Positions 52,255 through 64,000 of a DNA stretch of 64,000 nucleotides are shown one piece after another; position 1 is the first letter of the stretch, and each line of letters starts with the position of its first letter. Under the pieces are notes generated by a model. The model was not told the DNA's origin. It was given only the letters and a program-made list of their open reading frames with translations, and made no database searches. The DNA is taken from positions 310,001 to 374,000 of the forward strand of contig NW_021832829.1 in assembly GCF_006345805.1 (NCBI RefSeq). The letters are read 5' to 3'. The translations under genes and the position numbers were made by a program. The DNA comes from Octopus sinensis (lineage: Eukaryota).

Positions 52255-54045
52255 GAAAGTTATGTGCCAGCGGCAAGGACGCAGTGTGCGTTGCCGCGAA
52301 CGATGGCCAGACCGATGCGCTGGGGGAACAAGAGGCCCTCTCTCGGATCCTTAAGCCTCATCCCAATGGACTGCCCGACCTAGTAGAACAAGTCGGTCTC
52401 CTTTCCCGCGGCTCCAGCGGTCTTCAGGGCGATTGGCGTAAAGCGGTAGCAATCCGCGAGAGAAGAATACTTTTTGAATTTCATCCTTTCGGCGTGGTTT
52501 GCAGCCGAACAAGGGTTCGCAGCGGAAGAATGGATCCTCGACTTTGAGAAAGTATCCACAACGGTAACATCCCATACCAGGGCTTTCCCGGACGAGTACG
52601 GGAATATTGTCACCCCGTCAGGCTTTTTGCCGTTTCCCCGATCGAGTCCGACCGGTTCGAGGAGGCACGAATGGCCCGATTTGAGACCGGCCTTCACGAT
52701 TCCATTGAGGGCCTTGTGTCTGTGTTCCCTGCCTGCGCTCCTCTTGCAGGAAAGTGGGTGTAGTTTCTTTTCGTCAACGTCCTCTCGCATCTGCAGCGGT
52801 GTTTTACGCAAACATCCAGGCCAAGACGGTAAGCAACTCCGATGCGATTGGCAGCATCGTCTAGCCACGTCCCGATACTGGAGAGAGGGAGAGCATTCAG
52901 CCAGCTGCCAGAGTGAGCCGCACCTCCGAATCTCAGTGGGAGCGAGCATTGGGCCCATCCCGGAGCATCGAGGTGGACGTTGAGGACGGATTCAGCAGCT
53001 TTTTTCAGAATGGCGTCGTATGCAAGGAGTAGATCCATTTGCGAGAAATAAAGATTGCTTCCGAGGGTGAAGATAAGTTTCGGCAGATGGATGCTGTTCT
53101 TCAGGAGGAAAAAGGCAGTGGGTGAGTCCAGGATAGATAGGTTGGTTAAAAGTCTTTGAAAGTATTCGGTTTTGGCAGAAAGCATGCATCGGAGCTTTGT
53201 GTCGGACAGGGATTTCCCGAGGAAGGTGACGTCATCGATTGGGGTAACGTTGGCGCCAGGCAGGATTACTCTGAGGCGGGCCACAGCGGATTGGAAGTCC
53301 GCCTCCGAACAGGAGACATTGATGATCTCGATCTTCTTCGCGTTGACCGATAGGCCGAGGGTAGCAAGTGCTGGTAAGATGTGTTCTACATCCCAAATAA
53401 CGTGGTCAGCACGGCCACCCAATGTGGCATCATCAAGATACCATAGATTGAATGGAGAGACAGCAAGTCGAGCTGCCTCATCGATTGTCATCGCGAAGAG
53501 AAGTGGCCCTAGCGGGTCACCCTGTTGCACGCCAGTCTCCGAACGGATGATCTCATTCCCGTATACCAGACTGCTCTCCGAACCGTAGGCAAGCGAGACA
53601 AGATGGATTATTTCTGGTGCTCTCCGAAAATGGCATCACGGCGCACGCTGTTGAAAGCGTTGATGATATCAAGCTTCACATCGATAAAATCGGCAGTAAC
53701 ACGTTGGCCCATGTAGAAGAAACCCCTGTTGGCATGAACAGCTCCTTCACAGCCGCCACGTACGCCAACACCGACTTTCGTGGGCGAAAGCTCGGCCCCT
53801 ATTCTCGTTGCAACCCTTCTGGCAGCGACTTTGCTGCAGAGCCTTCTGAAGTAGTTGCCAACCCCAATTGGGCAGACACCTCCGTCTGGTTTTTGAAAAG
53901 CGTGAAGGTGGGCAGCGAAAAAGAGATTCCTCGCGAAGAGGGGGATCCTTCCGTCGATGATCCTTCCGACCAGTTTGGTGATTGAACTCAAGAGCCGGAT
54001 TCCCCGGTGATCGCTGAAGTCACGAAGAAGATATTTGGCTGAAGC
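52255..54045 (-). mobile_element. CRE-like non-LTR retrotransposon, 5'-truncated and frameshifted
   Basis: KPDGGVCPIGVGNYFRRLCSK, GVGVRGGCEGAVHA, LDIINAFNSVRRD, QQGDPLGPLLF, WYLDD, KKPDGVTIFPY..GKALVWDVT. Confidence 0.9.
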
Positions 54046-54452
54046 TTAAGCTATAGATAATGGATCTGGACAGTCGTGGGTTCGAATCCGAAGGAGGCTA
54101 GGTTCATCCTGGGGTCAATTCTTGTTATCGTTCCCCTGCCCGCGAGGAAATGAGTACTTCTGACACGACACAGTTGAAAAATGGGGATCTCTTACCTTCC
54201 TTCCGGTCTTAGCGTGGCGTTATGGGGTCCACCATGTCAGTTGGAACTTCCAATCGGATATGGAAACGCTTAGGAGACACTTAATGCCTACCGAAAAAAG
54301 GACTTCTAGAACTCTGACCCTGGTGGGACATCGTCATCTCAGTCCGATCATGTGGGCAGGATCGAACTTTTCAGAAGGATCTCCCTCGCTTAAATCGGGG
54401 ATCACGGGGATTATAATTAACTGGCTTTTGGTCAATAAATAAATAAAAATAA
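54046..54452 (+). mobile_element. tRNA-headed SINE-like element, copy A
   Basis: B-box GTTCGAATC at 54080-54088 in a T-arm-like context; colinear similarity to copy B at 58955; (AAAT)n tail. Confidence 0.7.
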
Positions 54453-54464
54453 CATCGTCAAGAA

Positions 54465-54575
54465 CAGGGGTGTCAAACTCATTTCGCTTCGAGGGCCGCA
54501 TTTATAATAATTTTTCATTAAGGAAATTCTGATATTTATTATGAAGAATAACAAAAATAAGAGAAACTAAATAAA
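54465..54575. mobile_element. Isolated hAT terminal fragment
   Basis: CAGGGGTGTCAAACTCATTTCGCT..., similar to the end at 58078. Confidence 0.7.
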
Positions 54576-54589
54576 ACTAGTTTTAAATT

Positions 54590-57500
54590 ATAAATCAATT
54601 ATTTAAAGTATGAGCCTCGGATAGCGTGTGAATTTCCGCGGACAATTGCACACGAAATCCTCTGGAAGAGCCACGACGTCTCCCGCGGATCACCTGTTTT
54701 TTTGGAGATTAGACCACCCAATCTTCGAATGAACGAAAAACTCTCTGTTCCAAAGACTCCAGAAGTCTCACAGCGATCGGCTGGAAAGATATCTGTCTGC
54801 CAGGAAGAGTATTTTTTTTTCTTCAACTCTTCAGAACGTTTTGCAGCAGAGCCAGGAAAGGATGCCGAACTTCCGAATGAAGAAGGTCCAAACGTGTCAG
54901 GGCAGGTAAAATCCCAAACAAGTGATTTCCCTCTCGTGTACGGGTAGATGGTTACGCCGTCTGGGCGTTTGCCATCCCCTCTATCGAGACCAGCTGGTTC
55001 GAGTTGAGAGTGGAAACCGGCAGCGTCCATGGCCCTTTTAATGATGTCATTGGCGGCGGAATGTCGGGGAAAACGACCGGCACTACGAGTGCAAGAAAGT
55101 GGGTGCCTTCCCAATGGACCAATCCTCTTTCCACATTTGCAGGGGTGTGGGGTGCACATCGGTAAGCCGAGACGTAGACATAGGCCGATCCTAATGGTAT
55201 CGTCGTCCAGTTTACAGCCCGTAGACGCAATAGGACAAGCGCTTATCCAGGAGCCAGAATTGGGTTGTGCACCCGATCTGAGACATATGATCCGTTCTTG
55301 GTCCATGCACAGTTCGATAACTCTGTAAGTCTCCCTGCACCAGATTTCGTCCCAATGTCTCTGTGAAGATTCCTCTTCGGGGAGTCTCAGACCATGACTG
55401 CTCCATGACTCGAGGCCGTTTTGCATCCACCGACACGGGGTACATTCATTTAAAGACTTGAGAATGACGCCGATGAGGGGACCACAAAATGATCGTGAGG
55501 CCAAATAGGCTGGAAGAGCCAAGTCGGTAGGTGAACGGAGACCGATACCTCCCATACGAATAGGTAGGGAAGCTTGTTTCCATGCGAGATCATCAAGTTG
55601 CACATTACAAATAAGTTCGGCATGACGACGAATGATAGAGTCTATTGACCCAAGATGTTTAGGATGAAGGAAACATGGAGATGAACGGAGGATATACAGA
55701 ATTTTTGGAATGGATAAAAAATTCTTCAAGAGGAACAAGCCTTCATGTGCATCTAGCTGGGATAACCGACTCGCTGCTTGTTCCATATTTGATGTCTTTT
55801 CCATCCAAATTTTTTTCCGTTGCCTGACCGTGGAGAGGAGAGCCGAGAATAATAAGGTCTTCTTTTTGGGTTATTCTGATTTCAGGAATGAGTGAGGTAA
55901 AGTTTCTGTGGATTTCATCGAAAGAGGCCACGTTAAGATTAGTCAGCTCACACTTTGACGGATTCAAGGATAACCCGATGTGGCCGAGCCGAGAGGATAT
56001 CATAAGGGCGTCTTTGAGAACCTGATCTGCCGGGCCACCGATTGTGACATCGTCCAGTACCAAATGTTTAGGGAGATTTGACTGACATTGCTATAGGGTG
56101 ATACCCAATGCGAATAGGAGTGGTCCGAGAGATCACCCTGTTGTACCCGGTGGAAGAGAGAATACTTGAACCCTCGAAAAGGAGGCTGGAACTGTGCTCG
56201 TAACAAAGTTTAGCGAACGGCATGATTTCAGGTACTGAGTCATACACTCTCCAAGGAAACAGGAACGGTCGATCGAATTGAACGCATTTCGCATGTCAAT
56301 TTTCAAGATGACACAATTGTCAGGCACATTCTTGGAAGCAATAACTCTCTGACTGAATGGGCTGATGCTTCACAACCTCCTCTGACACCGACACCCAATT
56401 GGATGTTTTAAAGATGCTTGGGTAGGAATGGGAGCTACGACTGCATAATTTTTGGCTGCAAGGCGTCTAAAAGTGCACCCAACAGAAATCGGTCTAATTC
56501 CGCCGTCCTTTTTATTAGGGCGGTGAGGCTTCCAGACATGAAGAGAAACGTGCGAAATCAGATATGGCCACTGATGAAAAGGGTCATCAGGTCGCATATT
56601 GAATCAATTAGGTTACACCTGCATCAGACGAATTGAGTGATAAAAGGTCGCGAATGTGACCGGGACGAAGGCCGTCTAACCCTCCAATACTGGAGGGTCG
56701 GAATGATTTGAGATTATAAAGGAGCTCTTCTTTGCTCACTTTTTAACTTCGGTAAAATGAGAACGAGAAAGGAATTCTAGATCATTTTTAACGTCGGGAT
56801 GTTTTTCCTTAACAGCTCGAGAGTCCTGTCCCCAATAGAGGCAAATGAGTCGTTACTGCAAAGAATTCTTAGAGCGGCAGTGAAGTCACCTTCCAATAGT
56901 TTGGAATGGATTCTTTTACTGAAATTGCATTCGGAGGTGTTATTCGATGTTTTGGAAAAAACATATTTCTGGGAAAGAAAAAAGGAAATACAGTCCGACC
57001 CCCAAATGGGGCACCAAGTGCCCCAAAATGCGGGGGTGCCCAAAAACAGGGGTTTGTTATTTTTTTAAAAATTAAACCATTAATAAACATCAAAAAACAT
57101 TTTTACTAAAATATTCAGTTATTTTTCTTTATTTGTAGAGTTTTGTCTGATATTGTTCGTCAATTTCAGCCGAAAATCAAAAAAATCTCGGAGCATACTT
57201 GGTGCAACATTAGAAATTTTTTTTTCTAAATTGTTAAGCAGATCTTTTGTTTTTGCTACGACATTTTCACTATTTTCGGTTTCTGAATATGTATCATAAA
57301 CATTATTGTTCATGTCTTCGCATTCTCCATCAGTATTGCCGTGTTGCAAGAAAGGTACAATATTTCGTTTTATTCTTGATATTGTTCCTTTACTTGTGTT
57401 GTACTTTTTCATTAGTTGCCTCTCAGATAAATTTTTCTTCAAAATTTCTTTAGCAATCTTCAATTTAGTTTCGTAATCCATAACCACAACAATAAAAATA

Positions 57501-58077
57501 TAAATTGAAAATAAAACAAAAAATAATTAATTTATTATTATTTTATTTTATTTTATTCCTTATAAATGATTTTATGGTGCCCCAAAAATCCATAATTTTT
57601 ATCGATTTTTATTTTTTTCTGCCAAAATGTACTTTTGGAATAAAGTGCCCCAAATTGCGGGGGTGCCCCAAATCCGAGGGTGCCCCACCCTGGGGTCTGC
57701 CCCATTTTGGGGTCGGACTGTAGTATGATTCCGATATAAGAGGATGGAGTTCTTAAGCCTCGAAGTCAGGGATTCGGAAGAGCCTTTGCTGGTGTGTAGG
57801 TTCAAAGCGAATACGGGGAAACAAAAGTTTGGCCCAGTCCTCGTTTTGGTTGGTATTTATGGCTTTACGGATCAATGTGCATAGGGATTCTGCGGCTGTA
57901 GCACGTGAGCCTTTTGGCAGTCTGATGGGGATCTTCTTTAAGAGACGGAATTCGAAAGAAATTGCAAAATGACAGCAGATGTATAACTATTGAACGAGGA
58001 ATCGACAGCAGGAGTGCTGGGAGTAGGCTTAGGAGGGTCGATTAGGCAAGTGTTAGATAAAACAACACCCTCTAGAC
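54590..58077 (-). mobile_element. Near-full-length CRE-like retrotransposon (RT + CCHC + RLE), frameshifted, interrupted by a pogo-like element
   Basis: KLLEGDFTAALRIL, KKDGGIRPISVGCTFRRLAAK, IDMRNAFNSIDR, VQQGD, LDDVTIGG; 401-aa ORF 54599-55804 with CKCG...HPLSC...RH and KRPDGVT...WDFTCPDT. Confidence 0.92.
56991..57720 (-). mobile_element. pogo/Tigger-like non-autonomous element (730 bp)
   Basis: TIRs CAGTCCGACCCC..AAATGGGGCA and TGCCCCATTTTGGGGTCGGACTG; TA TSD (56989-90, 57721-22); HTH-psq-like ORF MDYETKLKIAKEIL...SERQLMKKYNTSKGTISRIK. Confidence 0.88.
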
Positions 58078-59640
58078 CAGGGGTGTCAAACTCATTTCGC
58101 TTTGAGGGCCGCATTTTGTAAAAATTTCGCATCGAGGGCCGCATTTATAAGAATTTCTCATTAAAAGAAGATTAGTTCTGATATTTATTATGATGAATAA
58201 CAAAAATAAGAGAAACTAAATTATTCAATTATCGCCCTTTAATTTTTGTAAGAGCTGCTTCCAGAGGATTGACATCTTTTTTAGATACAATTTTTGATAT
58301 GTCAGGCTGAGCTATTCGTGTAGTTCCGTCTTTTATTAAAGAGGATAAATGTTCATCAGTTAGTCTTGTTCTTTGAGCAGTTTTTGTCAATTTCATAAAT
58401 GAAAAAAGTTGTTCACATACATATGTCGAACCAAACATAGCAATGATTTTTGTTGCATACTTTTTAAAGTTTTTAAACTTTCCAGGAAGATATGCAAAGA
58501 AATCAGGTATTCCAACCTCCAAATATTTAGCCTTAAGTATATTGAATTTGGATGTAAAATATTAAGTCATAAAAATGGATATTTGTGAAAATAGAGTTAT
58601 ATTTTAACTAAATTTACGAGTATTATAATGTTTTGGTACAGACTGTACATCAACAGTACTCCTGAGCTCTTTGTACGTAGGAAAATGAGATAAATCTTCA
58701 TTTAATAGCTGAAACTTCCATAATTTTATTTTCAAAATAAAACACTTGATATGATCTGACAACTGAGTTATGAGCTTGTCTTTACCCTGCAATTCTAAAT
58801 TAAGGTCGTTCATATGTGTGGTAATATCCACTGCAAATGCCAAATCTTTGTTTCAAGATTGACTTTTCATTCCGTCTGTGTTTTGCCCTTTCATCTCCAT
58901 AAATAAAATTATTTCCGATCTCAACAAATAAAATCTTTTAACAACTTTGTGAAGTGATGAAGAGTATGTCCTGGATACTGGAATTCAGCCGTCGTGGGTT
59001 CGAATCCAGAAGAGGCTACTTTGTAGTCGGGGTTAATCTCGTCGAAGTTCCTTTGCCCGTGAGCTGACGAGTACATCTGGCACGACACAGTATGTCAAAA
59101 AGGATCTCCTTCCTATCCGGCCTTAGAAAGGCGTTACGTGGTCCACCAAATTCACTTGGAGATTTCGACTGGATTTGGAAACGCCGAGGGGGCACCTAAT
59201 GCTCACCGAAAAAGGACCAATAGCTCTCCTACCCCCTGGGACATCGTCGTCGCAGGACGATGCACTTTGCATAGGATTGAACCTTTCCGGAGGATCTCCG
59301 TCGAAGTGCGTCGGGATCACACGCTAATTAGTTCGGTCTTAACTGTGGTCTTGGTGTTTAATAAATAAATAAATAAAGATAACCAGCGGACTGGAGTATA
59401 AAAAGGAATGTCGCTGAACTGATTATTCATATCTGTCAGCAGTTTACTAAACTGCCAGTGGTTGAGGGGATGACCTCTGATATAGTTTACTGACTAATGC
59501 AGTACTTCGATTATGATTTTGTGTGAAATGAGTTTGTAACGCAGATAATTTTTTTCGCAATTCATTTAGCTTTGAAACACGCATTGGACCTTCTTGGTTA
59601 ATAAACAACTTAATACCTTCGAAATAATTGTATGATAGAT
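58078..59640 (-). mobile_element. hAT (GTF2IRD2-like) remnant interrupted by SINE copy B
   Basis: TIR CAGGGGTGTCAAAC at 58078; MFGSTYVCEQLFS, LAFAVDITTHMNDLNLELQGK, and YIRGHPLNH...FYTPVRWLS|LHKVVKRFY split by the insertion. Confidence 0.85.
58955..59377 (+). mobile_element. tRNA-headed SINE-like element, copy B
   Basis: B-box GTTCGAATC at 58998-59006; (AAAT)n tail; inserted between the VRWLS and HKVVKR codons of the hAT transposase, which defines its limits. Confidence 0.75.
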
Positions 59641-59667
59641 CATTAGATTGATAATGGGTCTTTAGGT

Positions 59668-60080
59668 TATTATTATTATTATTATTAGCACTGTCATAGG
59701 AACATAATGTAATTTAAACTAATTAAGTTCCCACATGTGCCACATATGAGACTATCTTTTCGGTCATAATTTTCCATGATGTGCGGTTGTATGCTATACT
59801 CCTGAGAGTATCTAGGTCGTCTCCATTTTTCAGTTGTCTTTTAACGCGTTGTAGTTCTTTTGAGATTACAATAGGTAATGTATTTCGTGGGCGTCCTCGG
59901 GACGCAGATCTTCGTCCTTTGCGTAATATGATTCCATTGCCCAGTTAGCATAGACATCCTGGTCGATTCCATTGCCCAGTTAGCATAGACATCCTGGTCG
60001 ATTCCATTGCCCAGTTAGCATAGACATTGTCGGTTGAGTTAGTGACGCAACTCTATTGCACAAAGTCTTAATCACTTCAA
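59668..60080 (-). mobile_element. RTE-like LINE 3' fragment (similar to 33358-34818)
   Basis: RGRPRNTLPIVISKELQRVKRQLKMGDDLDTLRSIA; (AAT)n tail read as (TTA)n at 59668-59686; internal ~35-bp triplication at ~59930-60030. Confidence 0.75.
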
Positions 60081-60084
60081 TAGG

Positions 60085-60720
60085 CACTATTTTCACTTTC
60101 GCATGATGGATTAATTCCAGCTCTTTGGATAGGAGGTCTTATTTCCTCATTTTTCGATCTCCACTTGATGTAAATTTTGGGAAGATGTATCCCAACTTCC
60201 ACCAACAAAATTTGATTCCTTATCTTGTCGAAAAGAGACATTTCTGGCTAGTTATGTTCCACGACGATGTCGGTCTTTATAAATGTGTTCACTCTGATTT
60301 CAACCTTCTCATTCGACGATACAGATTCTACCGAGTGTGTTTCGAGTTTTATATCATTTTTGAGTCCAAAATTTCGACAAAAATGAAAGTGGATGCATCT
60401 CACTACTTCATCGTGCCTCCTGACATAATCCTCATGTAACATCTTCTCAAATCTAGTGGCACAGTGATCGACGGTCTTCTTTTATCTTATGCAGTGGGAA
60501 CACATTGAGTTATGTTCTGCAAAGAATAAATTTCTATTTTGCACGAGACAGAATAAGCGTTCAGATCGTGGAGAGTTATTGCCTTTGGACAGCCAGTGAC
60601 TAGAGTTTTTGACATTCACAAAATCCTCCGTAATATAGGATGGAATGAAGACATTTTGAAAAAATCTAGTTCAGTAGGTACTTTTCTGGGCACCGACCAA
60701 CAGTTTTTTGTTAAGTAAAA
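60085..60720 (-). mobile_element. R4/Dong-like RLE retroelement fragment
   Basis: CSHC...TVDH...DYVRRHDEVVRCIH...VEIRVNTFIKTDIVVEHN*P...ILLVEVG, related to 46630-47201. Confidence 0.75.
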
Positions 60721-61009
60721 CGTTAGTAGACAAACCATCCGGCTACCCCATGGCTTAGGATGGCGAGAGGAGCTCTCTGACGCCCAGAAATTGTCCTTAA
60801 AAGGCCTCCCTGAGGTCCTAGAGAAGATAATGTTTGGGTGGCAGATAAGGCGGTAAGTCTTAGCTTGTGGCTGAGAGGCAAGCGTGTGTGCGGGATCTGA
60901 AAAGGCAGGAATGCCAAAGGTCTTTATCTACCCTTTAATAACAGCTTCAGATAATATTATATTGATCACATATGAGATAATTTAACTAATGGTCTTACGA
61001 GGCGCTCGG

Positions 61010-61410
61010 CCCGCCTCGCGAATAGCGAAGCCATTCCCGCTGATCACAGCGATCTACAGACGTTCAAAAGCCAGGATGACTCTCTGGAATCGTGTCTTAC
61101 TTTAGATATCCGTCGGCCGAGGGAAGCGGAGCGTCCTGGGGTTGAAGATTCTTGAAGACTCTAAAGCGATTGGGGTGAAAAGGAGAGAATTCGAGAGGTG
61201 CCCGTACTTGAGAATCTTGCGATACTTGATTAGCCTCGAAACGTGCCCAGAATTGATGGCGGACAGGGCGAGATTTCCGCGCGAAAACGTGTCAGAGGAG
61301 TCCCAAATAAAGGATTTTCCCTGCTCATAACGAAAGGTGGTCATGCCGTCTGGGCGTTTGCTGTCTCCTCGGTCCAGCCCAACCGGCTCGAGGATCGACG
61401 GGAAACTGTA
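61010..61410 (-). mobile_element. CRE-like 3' fragment
   Basis: EPVGLDRGDSKRPDGMTTFRYEQGKSFIWD...TPIALESS. Confidence 0.8.
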
Positions 61411-61419
61411 AAGTAACTT

Positions 61420-62799
61420 TTTTATTATAATAAAAAACCAAAAGAGAAATAGTCATTGGCAGATAGCCAGAGTATTGCCTCTGACTATTGCTATAGATAT
61501 TCTTTCGATTAAATACCGGTGCTCACACGGGTCGCCGGTAACCCTTTCGATTAATGAGGCAATGCGCTGGAGTAGGGTCCGAGTAGAAGGCCCCTGTATT
61601 CCTGACGTCTCAACAGCCAGGGGGACAAACACTCTCCCATTCCGAATTCCAGCGTATTTCTCAGCTTTTCTCTTCTCTGCCCGTTCAGACGGGGCTCCAG
61701 GATTCTCGATGCATAATTTGATGTTCTGATTGGAGAAGGAGTTCACACACGTGACGTCCCAAACCAGACACTTTCCCCTCTGAAATGGAAATGTGGTCAT
61801 CCCATCGGGTCTTCTGCCGTCCTCTACGAAAATCCCTGCAGGTTCCAATTGTGTGTGGAATCCAGCAGTTCGAAGAGATCGACAGATGATCTGGTTCAGT
61901 TCGGAATGCCGTGAGGAACGTCCAATTCCGTTTCGACATGAGAGGGAGTGATATCCATACTCGTCAGTCCACATGCCGCACCGGCATTGATGTTTTTCAT
62001 AGACGCGTAAACCGAGGCGCAGACAAACTCCAATTCTTACGGTTTCATCATTAAGAAGGCAGCCAGTTGTATTACAAGGGTAACAGTTTAGCCACGCGCC
62101 GCTTAGGGGCTGGCTGCCCGCTTGTAAACAAGCCAACCTTCTCTGGTCCATGGTTTCCTTTAGGCATGAAAACGTATTGGCGTGGACTTTCGACGTCCAC
62201 TCCGATTGGCAGGTCACATCAGATGGCAATGGAAATCCCAGCTTTTCCCATACGGCGACGCAATCATCCACAGCAAATGATTTCCTCTGTTCGTTTATTT
62301 GAAAAAGAACAGTGTCGATCATATCTCTGGACGAGAGTACTGAGGAAAAATATGCGCCGTGCGCTGAATCTGCCGGGGTGATCAAGCCGATCCCTCCCAG
62401 GGAAATTGGAAGAGTCGCCTGTCTCCACGACTGCGTATCGAAGCTAACTTTGAGGATATCCTCAGTGCAAGCTCTCATATGCTCGGAATAGTCTTCAAGA
62501 AGATCTGTTTCCTGATAGCATTGGGCCGTCCTCAAAAGGTATGTTAACTTCGGAATAGATAGACAGTTCCTCATTAAAAAGAGCCCAATGTGGCTATCCA
62601 CACAACGTAATTTTTTAGAGAGAAGGGAAAATTCCGAAATTTTAGTCTTCATAACAGCTTTGATACCACTTTCAAAAATAGAAGATCCAAGAAAAATCAA
62701 GTCCTCTTTGAGGGGGAAGGTGCATCCAGGTAGCAGTTTGTCGAATTCGGTCATCCACTTCCGAAAGGAAAGTTCGTTCGTGTTGACATTCACAATGTC
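61420..62799 (-). mobile_element. 5'-truncated CRE-like retrotransposon with an uninterrupted 446-aa ORF (61453-62793)
   Basis: SIPKLTYLLR, QATLPISLGGIG, CRCG...HSLSC...RH, RRPDGMTTFPF..GKCLVWDVTC; candidate 9-bp TSD AAGTAACTT (61411-61419, 62800-62808). Confidence 0.9.
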
Positions 62800-62809
62800 A
62801 AGTAACTTG

Positions 62810-63460
62810 GAAAATTACGCAACCAGATATTACTAAATATATAGAAAATACAAAAATCGGGATGTACAACAAAATTGAAAAGCAACTCCAAAAAATAGTA
62901 AAGCAAAAAGATGAGACAAAAATGTTTATCGCTATGAGACTGCTAAACAAAAAAAGAAGCAAAACACAATCAAAGTCTGGAAGCAAAACACACGGGAACT
63001 GCCGTCATTGACAATAAAAGTAAAGCAGAGGCTATATCTGAGCTTTAATACAAAATAGTTAACTGGAAGGATGAATCAGGATACAAACTAGGAACACTAA
63101 GATCGCCAATAAACACTTATGAAGTATTGGATCCAACAAAGAACTCAAAACCGGGAGGTCTGGGGGAAAAGATAACACCCCACCTGACTAGTAAAATCTG
63201 TGCCAATGAAGCTTCCAGAAACTATTGCAGACATCCTGAACAAACATTTAAAAAGAACACCCCATTAGACCTCGGCAAAAGATGGCTAATTCAACTGCAG
63301 AAACCGGAAAACAGAAAGGGCCTTATCAAACTGGCAACACTAGAGAAGATAAAAACCAAGGTGGAAAATTTTCTGTCGCTAGGGCAAAGTGTGTTTAGAG
63401 CTGACAGATCTACTCCTGATGTCATCTGACACACAGATGGACCGCTGTCTTATGTTAAAA
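62810..63460 (+). mobile_element. Degenerate RTE-like LINE fragment
   Basis: WLIQLQKP...TLEKIKTKVENFLSLGQSVFRADRSTPDVI aligns by eye to LIPIQKP...IREQVDNYLSPSHSGFRTGRSTADAV of the 33.4-kb copy. Confidence 0.7.
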
Positions 63461-64000
63461 ATACTAATTGAGTAACTAACCCAATCTATAAGCGTGAATG
63501 TTAAAGACAGATATTTATAGTGAAAAATAAAAAAACGAGATCAAAAATAAAAGTCATCGTGCATCAAAAACAGCGACTATTAAATAAGTGAGTAAATTAT
63601 ACGTCTAGGAGTTCGCTTTTTATACAATATTCGATGCCCACATTCTCTGCATCTGATTGGGGCCGATAGCCTTACTTCATTCTCACGATTGCAAGCTGAT
63701 ATAGTTAGTTATAGGCTAACCTCCGCAGACATATGTGCAACCTTTTTTAGCCACTTCTTCATTCCGTTCTGTGTCCATCATCACAACAACACAAAATAAT
63801 ATCAAATTTTTATTAATTTATATGTTCTATTAATAAAACATATATTATTTAAATAATGTTGTCTGCTAGACCAATTAACTAATTACTTCGATGAAATCAG
63901 ATTGTATCTCTATAAACATGATTGTATCGTCAAGATATTTAGTTTGTTATTTTTTACATCGGATCTGATTGTCGTATCCATTCATATTTTGACACTCATT

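Noticed and set aside
54060-54100. tRNA gene (also at 58975-59015)
   Set aside because: Only a T-arm/B-box is recognisable, with no complete cloverleaf; both continue into shared SINE-like bodies.
59930-60030. Functional 35-bp triple repeat
   Set aside because: It lies within a dead LINE fragment and is best explained by local slippage.

Overview
AT-rich eukaryotic (animal) genomic DNA, not prokaryotic. Host genes are split by many tiny GT-AG introns (mostly 21-34 nt) and tightly packed. Minus strand: novel-type PKC, mitochondrial GluRS (EARS2), a multi-PLAT LOXHD1-like gene and haspin. Plus strand: CFAP95, a PH-TBC-beta-propeller gene, an ARM/coiled-coil gene, NDUFB9, LSM5, a Raf-like kinase, RPB2/POLR2B and a C2H2 zinc-finger gene. 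Tiny introns plus a motile-cilia gene suggest a dicyemid-like compact parasitic metazoan (inference, not proven). Between genes lie many transposon remnants: more than 12 CRE-like RT/RLE retroelement pieces, RTE-like, I/Jockey-like and R4-like LINE pieces, several hATs (three with verifiable 8-bp TSDs), a Helitron carrying a ~95-bp x ~20 tandem array nested in a hAT, a pogo-like element and two tRNA-headed SINE-like copies. The most unusual features are (1) a decaying, intronless, bacterial-looking island at ~48.5-51.7 kb (alpha/beta hydrolase, truncated trpC, two hypothetical genes) invaded by host transposons, which argues for real integration, and (2) a SINE-like element with a possible degenerate hammerhead ribozyme core. 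All calls come from manual motif recognition without database searches. Boundaries of degenerate elements and some gene starts are approximate.
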